NCBI GenBank assembly: GCA_002407855.1
Contig: DHPF01000017.1
Coordinates: 74,383 to 138,382 of the forward strand
Origin: Bacteroidales bacterium UBA5371
GTDB lineage: Bacteria; Bacteroidota; Bacteroidia; Bacteroidales; P3
Direction of reading: 5' to 3'
DNA: 64,000 nucleotides
Made by a program: the position numbers and the translations under genes. Within the stretch, counting starts at the first letter, position 1, and each line of letters begins with the position of its first letter. The notes under the pieces were generated by a model. It had not been told where the DNA came from. It made no database searches and saw only the letters and a program-made list of their open reading frames with translations. Shown one piece after another: positions 40,279-49,108 of the stretch.

Positions 40279-41425
40279 GCTGGATGTATTGTTGTGAGAA
40301 GTTGGTTTTGGCAAATTGAGGTATATGTCTTGAAGTATGAATATTCTTTTTCAGTATTAGTTTAAATAATAAGTCCTTTTTCCAAGCTGCTTTATTTAAT
40401 TTCTTTCTTTTGATTAAATGTTTTTTGATTAGTTTTATCTTATATCTATCCTTGAAGTCAATATTTTTAGTCTCAAAAATAATATTCCTATTGGCAATAA
40501 TCAAATCTGTTATTGGTATATTCATTGGGCAAATCTTATTGCAATTACCACAAAGAACACAATTAAAACATAAATGCTTGGCTCCATCTATTGTTTCTAA
40601 AAATGGCAATACAACATTAGCCATTGGTCCTGTAAATACATTATTATACGGAGCATCTCCTATCAAAGCATAGATAGGGCAAACCTTTTTGCATGCATCA
40701 CAATCAATACAAGTAAGAGCTTTTCTATGTTCTTTATAATCTAATAGATTACTCCTGCTATTATCTATTATAAATAGTTCAATATTATTTGCCGAATTCT
40801 TTTTAGGAGTTAAGATGGTTGATAAATTTAAAAGTGAAGTTTTGTTTTTATTTATTGAATATAGTGTTGAGAAGAGTTCAATGTCTTCAATATTTTTAAG
40901 GATATTATTAATTGGAAGTACAAATATTTTATACTCTGCTGAAAGAACTAATTCCATTTCTAAAGCAGAGTCAAATACTAAATACAAACTACCTGTTTGA
41001 GCAATTGCATATTTAGCTTCAAAAATAACGCATTCTTTTGATTGAGTATTTATTTGTATTTCGTCTTCTTTAAGGTTTTTATATAGGCCCAATTCTTCCA
41101 TGAATCTACTTTCAAATAAATTAACCTCTTTTATTTTTTTCTCTCTTAAAAACTTTAATAAATCTTCAAAGAACAAATCATAATCTATTTCCCAATTGAC
41201 CTCTGCTTCATTTTCAACAAATTTCTTATCAAATAATACTAATAATTCATCTATATGATTAATGTATTTTTGTCTTAGATTTGCTGCCCTTTTCTTAACA
41301 TAGTTATAGTTTTTAAAGGTTTTAAGCACAATATCATCAATATTGTAAGAAATATCAATATCTTTTGGTTTTTCTAAGGCTCGTTTACAATCGGAGATAA
41401 AGAATTTATACTCATTTGTATTCAT
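40262..41425 (-). CDS. LUD-domain / 4Fe-4S dicluster protein (LutB/YkgF-like)
   Basis: 387 aa with two ferredoxin-type motifs (CIDCDACKKVCP, CVLCGNCNKICP) after a LUD-like N-terminal half. Confidence 0.7.
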   Translation of the reverse strand: MNTNEYKFFISDCKRALEKPKDIDISYNIDDIVLKTFKNYNYVKKRAANLRQKYINHIDELLVLFDKKFVENEAEVNWEIDYDLFFEDLLKFLREKKIKEVNLFESRFMEELGLYKNLKEDEIQINTQSKECVIFEAKYAIAQTGSLYLVFDSALEMELVLSAEYKIFVLPINNILKNIEDIELFSTLYSINKNKTSLLNLSTILTPKKNSANNIELFIIDNSRSNLLDYKEHRKALTCIDCDACKKVCPIYALIGDAPYNNVFTGPMANVVLPFLETIDGAKHLCFNCVLCGNCNKICPMNIPITDLIIANRNIIFETKNIDFKDRYKIKLIKKHLIKRKKLNKAAWKKDLLFKLILKKNIHTSRHIPQFAKTNFSQQYIQHDSNR

Positions 41426-41458
41426 TACAAGAAAGTATTATTTTATAATAAAGTATAT

Positions 41459-41908
41459 TTATAATAGTATGGATATTTTTTCTACTCTTCTTTGATGTCT
41501 GCCACCTTCATAAAGAGTGTTTAGAAATGTTTCAGCTATTTTTAACCCTTCTTCTTCTGTTATAAACCTTGCTGGTAAAGCACAAATATTTGCATTATTA
41601 TGTTGGCGTGCTAATATTGCTATTTCTTCTTTCCAACATAAAGCAGCTCTAACTTTTGAATACTTATTAGCAGTCATTTGAACACCATTACCACTTCCAC
41701 ACATAATTAATCCAATTTCATAAACTCCTTCATTAATGTCTTTTGATAAAGGATGAATATAATCAGGATAATCACAACTATCTTTTGAAAATGTTCCATA
41801 ATCTTTAAATTTATATCCTTTTTTAGAGAGATTTTCTTTTAGGAATTCTTTTAAATCATATCCTGCGTGATCGGAAGCTATAGGAATAATTTTTGAATTA
41901 ATTGTCAT
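41459..41908 (-). CDS. rpiB: ribose-5-phosphate isomerase B
   Basis: 149 aa; RpiB/LacAB family layout (ASDHAGYDLK, CGSGNGV). Confidence 0.9.
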   Translation of the reverse strand: MTINSKIIPIASDHAGYDLKEFLKENLSKKGYKFKDYGTFSKDSCDYPDYIHPLSKDINEGVYEIGLIMCGSGNGVQMTANKYSKVRAALCWKEEIAILARQHNNANICALPARFITEEEGLKIAETFLNTLYEGGRHQRRVEKISILL

Positions 41909-41986
41909 ATTGTTTATAACTTTTAATTGGTTAATACTTCTATTATTTTATTTATTTATTTGATTTTAAAGCTTATTAAATAAAAG

Positions 41987-41994
41987 CAAAGATA
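41987..41994 (-). promoter_or_regulatory. -7 promoter box TATCTTTG upstream of rpiB
   Basis: Plus strand reads CAAAGATA about 80 nt upstream of the start at 41908. Confidence 0.4.
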
Positions 41995-42404
41995 GTATAT
42001 ATTTTACAACTATTTTAATTTCAAAGCTAAAAGTTTTAACATATAAATTGTTTATATCTATCTTTTTTTGTTGAAAATTTGTTTATCAAATTAATATCAT
42101 TTAATTTTGTTGAAAAATTATGAGATTATAAAGAAGTTATAAAGATGATTATTCACAGAAAAATAATAAATAATATAAATTAGTTTTCAACAAAATTACT
42201 TATTAGTATATTTGTTAGTAAGTATATAAATTAACTAATAATAAGTTTATTATAGTATAATATTTTATTAATAACTTCTTTATAAACTATATATTTTAAG
42301 AAAACAAAAAATAAGTTAGTTTAGTTTTTAACTCAATTAACAGGCTATTATTATAATCATATTTATATAAAAGTAATTATTAAATATATAAAGAAAAAAT
42401 AAAG

Positions 42405-43352
42405 ATGAATACAAAAGAGACAATTCAAAAGATATTAAAGCTTAAAAAGAAAAAGAATGCAATTATATTAGCACATTTTTACCAGATACCAGAAATACAA
42501 GATATAGCGGATTTTGTTGGTGATAGTTTGAATTTAGCACAAAAAGCAAAGGACACAGAATCTGACCTTATACTATTTTGTGGAGTGCATTTTATGGGAG
42601 AAACAGCAAAAATACTTAATCCTAAAAAGAAAGTTATTATACCAGATATGGATGCAGGTTGCTCCTTAGCAGACTCATGCCCAGAGGAAGACTTTAAAAA
42701 ATTCAAAGAACAATATCCAAATCACATAGTTATTTCATATATAAATTGTAGTGCAAAGATAAAAACATTATCTGATATGATATGTACGTCAGGAAATGCT
42801 TTACAATTAGTTAATTCATTACCAAAAGATCAGAAGATTATTTTTGCTCCTGACAAAAACTTAGGAGGTTACCTTAATAGAATAACTGGTAGAGATATGG
42901 TTCTTTGGGATGGAACCTGCGAGGTACACGAGTTATTAACAGCAGAATACACTCTCAAACAAAAAAAATCTCATCCTGATTATCTCTTAATTGCACATCC
43001 AGAATGTAATGATGCAGTGCTTCAAATTGCAGATTATGTTGGTTCAACAGCAGGAATGATTAACTTTGTAAAAGGTCATAATCATAAAAAGTTTTTAGTT
43101 GCAACCGAATCAGGAATTGTTTATAAATTAAAGAAGGATAATCCAGACAAAGATTTCATAGTAGTAACCCAAGATGAAACTTGCTCATGTAATGATTGCA
43201 GGTATATGAAATTAAATACTCTTGATAAGGTTTTAGCTTCATTGGAAGAAGAAAAATATGAAATTATACTTGACGATAAATTAATTGAAGAGGCTAAAAA
43301 ACCAATTATAAAAATGCTTGACCTTTCAAGAGAACTTGGAATAATAAAATAA
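42405..43352 (+). CDS. nadA: quinolinate synthase
   Basis: 315 aa; full-length NadA-like sequence (ILAHFYQ, GVHFMGETAKIL, three conserved Cys regions). Confidence 0.9.
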   Translation: MNTKETIQKILKLKKKKNAIILAHFYQIPEIQDIADFVGDSLNLAQKAKDTESDLILFCGVHFMGETAKILNPKKKVIIPDMDAGCSLADSCPEEDFKKFKEQYPNHIVISYINCSAKIKTLSDMICTSGNALQLVNSLPKDQKIIFAPDKNLGGYLNRITGRDMVLWDGTCEVHELLTAEYTLKQKKSHPDYLLIAHPECNDAVLQIADYVGSTAGMINFVKGHNHKKFLVATESGIVYKLKKDNPDKDFIVVTQDETCSCNDCRYMKLNTLDKVLASLEEEKYEIILDDKLIEEAKKPIIKMLDLSRELGIIK

Positions 43353-43643
43353 TGGATTATTAGTATTAAAATTTGAAATTACTCAAAAAGGATATAAAAA
43401 ATTAATATTAATATTTTAACATTTAAATTATAATAAACATCTTAATAATAGCTAAATAACTTTACTAAATTATAATTTAGAGAGTGTTTTTTAACATTCT
43501 GAGCAAAAAAAAATCATAAAGAAGACCAAGAATACTCATATAATAGTTAATAAATCTTAATTTTATATTGGTGTAATAAAATAGAATCAAATTCTATTTT
43601 TTAAATAGTCTAATATAAAAAGAAAATGAAGTTTTAAAATCTA

Positions 43644-44255
43644 ATGACTAAAAAAATTATTATAACAATAATTCTGATTTTCTTTTTCAAAATTTCCTTC
43701 TCTCAAAACTTTAAAGAGATTTTTCTTAATATGGATTGCAGAGATAAAGTATGGATAATTACAAGACCCTCAACAGCCATAAAGACAAAAAAGATTGCAA
43801 AACAAGTATCTAAATTATCAAGTAATTATCAAAAAGACAAATATTCTGAGTCCACTAGCTACGACCAAGAACAAGATATATTTAGGCATATTTTTTTAAT
43901 GTACAAACTCTCTTCTAAAATAGGGATTGATAAATCAAGAAGAATTGGAGATATATACGAGAGATATAATGAGAATATTTTTTATAAAAAATCTAATTCT
44001 GGATACGATAAGGCAGGAGAAATGATGGATAAATTCAATAACGAAATTGGATTATATCTATTTATGAAATTAGGAAAAGTACATGATGAAATAATAATAC
44101 AAGAAATTGGGAATCAGATAAAAGAAGGAAACGCAAGAAAAATAAAGAAAGATTCTAAAAACAGTAGTTTAACAATTGATAACAAGATAATTAAAGATAG
44201 TATTTGGAAGAAAAATTGGGAAAATGAGAGAGTTTTAATCCAATCTAACAAATAA
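43644..44255 (+). CDS. hypothetical secreted protein
   Basis: 203 aa with signal peptide. The DIFRHIFLMY segment is reminiscent of D-x-FRH motifs in DUF6973-type proteins (weak). Confidence 0.5.
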   Translation: MTKKIIITIILIFFFKISFSQNFKEIFLNMDCRDKVWIITRPSTAIKTKKIAKQVSKLSSNYQKDKYSESTSYDQEQDIFRHIFLMYKLSSKIGIDKSRRIGDIYERYNENIFYKKSNSGYDKAGEMMDKFNNEIGLYLFMKLGKVHDEIIIQEIGNQIKEGNARKIKKDSKNSSLTIDNKIIKDSIWKKNWENERVLIQSNK

Positions 44256-44280
44256 AAACACTAAAATAATACATAAAACA

Positions 44281-45552
44281 ATGAAACCAAGATTATTAAT
44301 ACTGATAATTCTATTCTCAAACATATTAAATGCTCAATCTTATAAATATGCACACTATTGTTTGGACTCTTTAATTTCAAAGGACTTTAAAGGCAGAGGC
44401 TATCAAGAAGATGGAGACAGAAAGGCAGCTAATTTTATTGAAAGTGAACTTAAAAACAACGGGGTTAAAGCTTTGGTAAACAATGTTTATCAACAAAAAT
44501 TAAAGATAAATATTAATAATATTGAATCTTCAAAACTAAAACTTCATTCAATTGATAGTTCGTTTATGAAGTTAGGAGAAGAGTTTTTAGTTTATGGATC
44601 TTCACCGAGTATAGAGCTTAAAATCAAAAATATAAAGCTAATAAAAGTAGATTTTTCAAAAGCAAAGTATATAGAAAATTTAGAAAAATACAAGGATAAA
44701 GTTCTTTTATTTGATGTGAAAGAGGTTGATTATATGAAGGTTCATAGCTTTATAAGACTATTAAATGAAAAGAAAATTTCACCTCAAATTTTTATTATTC
44801 AGAATTGTGGGAAGATGCAATTCTTCTCTGGACGAGTAAAGTATAAGTTTCCTGTTCTTATGCTTAAAGATAAAGAGTTTAGTAGGAAGATTGACTATTT
44901 AGAATTATCAATTAAATCTAAATGGGTAGAAGGTTATGAAACTCAAAATGTTTGGGCAATGGTCGAAGGGACAACACATAAGGATAGTTTTTTTGTTTTT
45001 ACGGCCCATTACGATCATTTAGGAAAGATAGGAGATGATTGTTATTTTCCAGGGGCAAATGATAATGCCTCAGGCGTTGCAGTACTTATGGATATGGCAA
45101 AACATTATGCCCAAAATCCATCAGAGTATTCCATCGTTTTTGTTTTTACAACCGCAGAGGAATTAGGACTTGTGGGAGCGGAGTATGCTGCTGAAAATCC
45201 GTTAATTGATTTAAGTAAAGTGAAATTTTTGTTTAATTTGGATATGTGTGGAACGGGCTCAGGAGGAATAGCCTTAATTAATGGTGAAAAAGAGAAGGAA
45301 GCCTCTAAGCTTATGGTAGATATAAATAAAGATAAGATATATTTTAATGAAATCAGAATAGGAGGGGAGTCTTGTAATTCAGACCATTGTCCATTTGTAA
45401 TGAGGGGAGTTCCAGCTTTATTTCTTTTCACTTTTGGCTGCGAATACAATGAATATCACACTGTTTACGATAACGGAGAGGGGCTCTCCTTTACCAAACA
45501 CCTTGATTTCTGCAATATTCTTAAAGATTTTATCGCCTCATATAAGAGATAA
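44281..45552 (+). CDS. M28-family zinc aminopeptidase
   Basis: FTAHYDHLG, GANDNASGVAVL and TTAEELGLVGAEY metal-ligand motifs. Confidence 0.8.
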   Translation: MKPRLLILIILFSNILNAQSYKYAHYCLDSLISKDFKGRGYQEDGDRKAANFIESELKNNGVKALVNNVYQQKLKININNIESSKLKLHSIDSSFMKLGEEFLVYGSSPSIELKIKNIKLIKVDFSKAKYIENLEKYKDKVLLFDVKEVDYMKVHSFIRLLNEKKISPQIFIIQNCGKMQFFSGRVKYKFPVLMLKDKEFSRKIDYLELSIKSKWVEGYETQNVWAMVEGTTHKDSFFVFTAHYDHLGKIGDDCYFPGANDNASGVAVLMDMAKHYAQNPSEYSIVFVFTTAEELGLVGAEYAAENPLIDLSKVKFLFNLDMCGTGSGGIALINGEKEKEASKLMVDINKDKIYFNEIRIGGESCNSDHCPFVMRGVPALFLFTFGCEYNEYHTVYDNGEGLSFTKHLDFCNILKDFIASYKR

Positions 45553-45586
45553 CAAAAAGATAATTGCAATTAACCAATAAAAACTT

Positions 45587-45970
45587 TTATTTAGAAATAC
45601 TAACTATTTCAAATTCAGCATATATTCCATAGGCTGGTCTAGGGAAATCATATCTTAAATCATGTTGATGCCCTTTAATATTAACCTTTATTGGAGAATC
45701 ATTTTGGTTATATCCAATATCTTTTATCTTTTCCGGGTTACAAACAAAATATGTCTCAGGCCAACCCTTATCACTTGGAGTAACATTAGTTAATGCGTAA
45801 TATCCTTGGTACACACCCTCAGACACATAGCCTAAAATATATGTTCCACTTATTTGATTTGGATTGATAATCTCTGTAGAGCAATTACATTCATCATCAT
45901 CACAAGAAACTATGCTTGTGAAAAATATTGCAGATAATACAATAATTGAAAATAACTTTACTTTTTTCAT
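45587..45970 (-). CDS. small lipoprotein, hypothetical
   Basis: 127 aa; signal peptide ending in the IVSC lipobox. Confidence 0.55.
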   Translation of the reverse strand: MKKVKLFSIIVLSAIFFTSIVSCDDDECNCSTEIINPNQISGTYILGYVSEGVYQGYYALTNVTPSDKGWPETYFVCNPEKIKDIGYNQNDSPIKVNIKGHQHDLRYDFPRPAYGIYAEFEIVSISK

Positions 45971-46279
45971 AATATAAAATATTTATTAATTAGAAATCAA
46001 TGATTTAAAGTATAAAACATCTAATATTTAGATTATATTTTTATAAATCTTTCTTATCCCAATACTTCTAAAAGCCTTATTTTCCACTTGTGTTTATTAG
46101 GTTCATTTTCTATTTATTTTGCAGAAAAAGAGTACTTTATAAGTATAACGAGGCAAAGATAGACTTTGTTTCAGTTTGAACCAAATATTTTTGTAAATAA
46201 TTTTAGATAAAGGTTTTCAGGGATTTAAAAATTTGTATTTGAAAATAGTGAATTAGAATAAAGATATAGGAAATTATCT

Positions 46280-46342
46280 TTTGATTCTAAGAAATTAAAT
46301 CTTGATTCTAATTTTTTCTCTTTTGATTCTAATTTTTCAGTT
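46280..46342. repeat. family-A array, 3 forward units at 46280, 46301, 46322
   Basis: Exact 21-bp spacing. Confidence 0.9.
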
Positions 46343-46354
46343 TACTTTTTAATA

Positions 46355-46374
46355 ATGGAATTTAAAAATTCCAT
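46355..46374. promoter_or_regulatory. 20-bp palindrome ATGGAATTT-AA-AAATTCCAT, candidate operator upstream of hutU promoter
   Basis: 9-bp perfect arms, 36 nt upstream of the -7 box. Confidence 0.35.
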
Positions 46375-46409
46375 ATTCCTAAAACTTTGGACAGATGAGA
46401 TATTTTATG

Positions 46410-46417
46410 TATTTTTG
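46410..46417 (+). promoter_or_regulatory. -7 promoter box TATTTTTG upstream of hutU
   Basis: TAnnTTTG match 64 nt upstream of the ATG at 46481. Confidence 0.55.
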
Positions 46418-46432
46418 TAGCTTGATTTTAAG

Positions 46433-46454
46433 TATTTCTTTTGATAAAGAAATA
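46433..46454 (+). promoter_or_regulatory. hairpin/inverted repeat TATTTCTTT-TGAT-AAAGAAATA in hutU leader
   Basis: 9-bp perfect stem and 4-nt loop between the -7 box and the ATG. Confidence 0.3.
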
Positions 46455-46480
46455 GTATGAATTTTAATTAATAGAAAATT

Positions 46481-48475
46481 ATGGATTTTAAGCAAGCTAT
46501 TTTAGAGGGTATTCCAGATTATCTTCCTGCAAAAAAAGAGTATGACACAACTGTTAATCATGCCCCTAAGAGAAAAGATATTCTCACAAACAAAGAGAAG
46601 AAATTGGCATTGAAAAATGCTTTGAGATATTTTGATGTGAAGTTTCACAAGGATTTAGCTAAGGAATTTGCTGATGAATTGGAAACTTATGGTAGGATTT
46701 ATATGTATAGGTTTCGTCCTGATTATAAGATGTATGCAAGAGACATTGAGGAATATCCTGCAAAAACAAAGCAGGCTGCTGCCGTTATGCTTATGATTCA
46801 AAATAATCTTGATTACGCTGTTGCTCAACATCCTTGGGAACTTATAACTTATGGAGGCAATGGAGCAGTTTTTCAAAATTGGGCTCAATATCGCCTAACT
46901 ATGAAGTACTTAGCTGAAATGACCGAAGAGCAAACTCTTGTCATGTACTCAGGACACCCAATGGGCTTATACCCAAGCCATAAGGATGCTCCGAGAGTTG
47001 TTGTTACAAACGGAATGGTTATTCCTAATTATTCAAAGCCAGATGATTGGGAGAGGTTTAATGCTCTTGGTGTTTCGCAATATGGACAGATGACAGCAGG
47101 AAGTTATATGTATATTGGGCCACAAGGAATTGTTCATGGAACAACTATAACTGTCTTGAATGCAGGAAGAAAGATTGGAACTGATGGGCTTGCTGGTAAA
47201 TTATTTATTACAGCTGGTTTGGGAGGAATGAGTGGTGCTCAGCCTAAGGCTGCAAATATTGCTGGTTGTGTTTCAATTACTGCCGAGATTAATCCAAAGG
47301 CAACCCATACAAGACACTCTCAACACTGGGTTGATGAGGTTTATGACAATTTAGAAGAGCTTTGGAAAAGAGTAAATAAAGCAAGAGAGAATAAAGAAGT
47401 TGTTTCCTTTGCTTATAAAGGTAATGTGGTTGATTTATGGGAGTATGCTGCCAACAATAATATTAAGGTAGAATTAGGGTCTGACCAAACCTCTCTTCAC
47501 AATCCTTGGGCAGGAGGTTATTATCCTGTTGGAGTAAGTTTTGAAGAGGCAAACAGAATGATGGCAGAGGAACCTGATAGGTTCAAAGAAAAAGTTCAGG
47601 AAAGTTTAAAAAGACATGTTGCTGCAATTAATAAATTAACCGCAAATGGAATGTATTTCTTTGATTATGGAAATGCGTTTTTGTTGGAGAGTTCAAGGGC
47701 AGGAGCTGATGTAATGAAGGAAGATGGAACTTTCCGCTACCCTTCTTATGTCCAAGATATAATGGGACCAATGTGTTTTGATTATGGTTTTGGTCCTTTC
47801 CGTTGGGTCTGCACCTCTGGTAAGAGTGAGGATTTGGATACTTCTGACCATATTGCTATGGAAGTGTTGGAGCAAATTGCAAAGACTTCTCCTAAGGAGA
47901 TTCAGCAACAAATGAGAGATAATATTCAATGGATTAAGGGGGCGAAAGAGAATAATTTGGTTGTAGGTTCACAGGCAAGAATTCTTTATGCTGATTGTGA
48001 AGGTAGAACTAAAATAGCTGAAGCTTTTAATAAAGCTATAAAGGAAGGCAAGATTAGTGCACCTATTGTTTTAGGAAGAGACCATCACGATGTTTCAGGA
48101 ACGGATAGCCCATTTAGAGAAACCTCTAATATTTATGATGGTTCCTCTTTCACATCTGATATGGCTGTTCAAAATTGTATTGGAGATAGCTTCCGGGGTG
48201 CAACATGGGTTTCATTGCATAATGGAGGAGGAGTAGGCTGGGGAGAAGTTATTAATGGAGGTTTTGGAATGGTTATTGACGGTTCTGATGATGCTGATAG
48301 AAGACTTAAAAATATGCTATTTTGGGACGTTAATAATGGAATATCACGAAGAAGTTGGGCAAGAAACGAAGGAGCTGTTTTTGCAATTAAAAGAGCTATG
48401 GAAGTAGAACCACGACTAAAAGTAACACTTCCTAATATTGCTGACGAGAATTTAATAGATAGCATTTTTAAATAA
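46481..48475 (+). CDS. hutU: urocanate hydratase
   Basis: 664 aa; full-length urocanase-like sequence (GGMSGAQP NAD-binding region). Confidence 0.93.
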   Translation: MDFKQAILEGIPDYLPAKKEYDTTVNHAPKRKDILTNKEKKLALKNALRYFDVKFHKDLAKEFADELETYGRIYMYRFRPDYKMYARDIEEYPAKTKQAAAVMLMIQNNLDYAVAQHPWELITYGGNGAVFQNWAQYRLTMKYLAEMTEEQTLVMYSGHPMGLYPSHKDAPRVVVTNGMVIPNYSKPDDWERFNALGVSQYGQMTAGSYMYIGPQGIVHGTTITVLNAGRKIGTDGLAGKLFITAGLGGMSGAQPKAANIAGCVSITAEINPKATHTRHSQHWVDEVYDNLEELWKRVNKARENKEVVSFAYKGNVVDLWEYAANNNIKVELGSDQTSLHNPWAGGYYPVGVSFEEANRMMAEEPDRFKEKVQESLKRHVAAINKLTANGMYFFDYGNAFLLESSRAGADVMKEDGTFRYPSYVQDIMGPMCFDYGFGPFRWVCTSGKSEDLDTSDHIAMEVLEQIAKTSPKEIQQQMRDNIQWIKGAKENNLVVGSQARILYADCEGRTKIAEAFNKAIKEGKISAPIVLGRDHHDVSGTDSPFRETSNIYDGSSFTSDMAVQNCIGDSFRGATWVSLHNGGGVGWGEVINGGFGMVIDGSDDADRRLKNMLFWDVNNGISRRSWARNEGAVFAIKRAMEVEPRLKVTLPNIADENLIDSIFK

Positions 48476-48551
48476 AACTATTTACTATTAATAGTTTACA
48501 TAACTTGTTTCATATGAAACTCTAAGTAAGTGGTAGTAGAATTATAGATAT

Positions 48552-49067
48552 ATGAAAAGATGGTTTGCTCTTTATGTTCAGTCAAGAAAAGAAAAGGTTG
48601 TTGAAAGAGAGCTATTGAAAGATGGTTACGAAGTTTATCTACCAATAAAGAAAGAGCTAAGACAATGGAAAGATAGGAAGAAAGTGGTAGAGATGCCATT
48701 GATTTCTTCATATATATTCACATATATTGAAGAAAATGATATGTGGGATATTGTTAGAAAGAGCGGTTGCATTAAGTTTATTTGGTTTAATGGTAAGCCT
48801 TGTCCCATTCCTGATAATCAAATAGAATCTATAAAACTACTATTAGCAAAAGATATTGATATAGAATTTGACAATCAAATCCAACTCACCAAAGGCAATA
48901 AAGTTAGAATAGTTGAGGGAGCATTTGCAGGGTTAGTTGGGATAATTAAACATAAAGAAGGTAAGAGTAATTTTGCAGTAAGAATAGATGCCTTAGCAAT
49001 AGACTTAACCATAACATTAGATAAATCAAACCTTCATTTAGTTGAAGCTATATCGGAAGAAAATTAA
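48552..49067 (+). CDS. UpxY-family (NusG-like) transcription antiterminator
   Basis: 171 aa with NGN-type N-terminus WFALYVQSRKEK and KOW motif GNKVRIVEGAFAGLVGII. Confidence 0.78.
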   Translation: MKRWFALYVQSRKEKVVERELLKDGYEVYLPIKKELRQWKDRKKVVEMPLISSYIFTYIEENDMWDIVRKSGCIKFIWFNGKPCPIPDNQIESIKLLLAKDIDIEFDNQIQLTKGNKVRIVEGAFAGLVGIIKHKEGKSNFAVRIDALAIDLTITLDKSNLHLVEAISEEN

Positions 49068-49108
49068 AGATACAATAATATTAAAATAAAATTAAACCTA
49101 AAATTATC

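Noticed and set aside
41909-42404. NAD+ (nadA-motif) riboswitch upstream of nadA
   Set aside because: The region is almost pure A/T. It lacks the GC-containing paired elements recalled for the nadA motif, which is moreover described mainly from Acidobacteria. Only simple repeats were seen, and these are reported separately at low interest.
43578-43600. AT-only hairpin AAAATAGAAT-CAA-ATTCTATTTT followed by a T-run, containing an AGAATCAA family-A-like core
   Set aside because: It lies 225 nt after nadA and just upstream of the next gene. The stem is entirely A/T and such palindromes are expected in a ~25% GC spacer. This is too weak to call a terminator or a repeat-family member.
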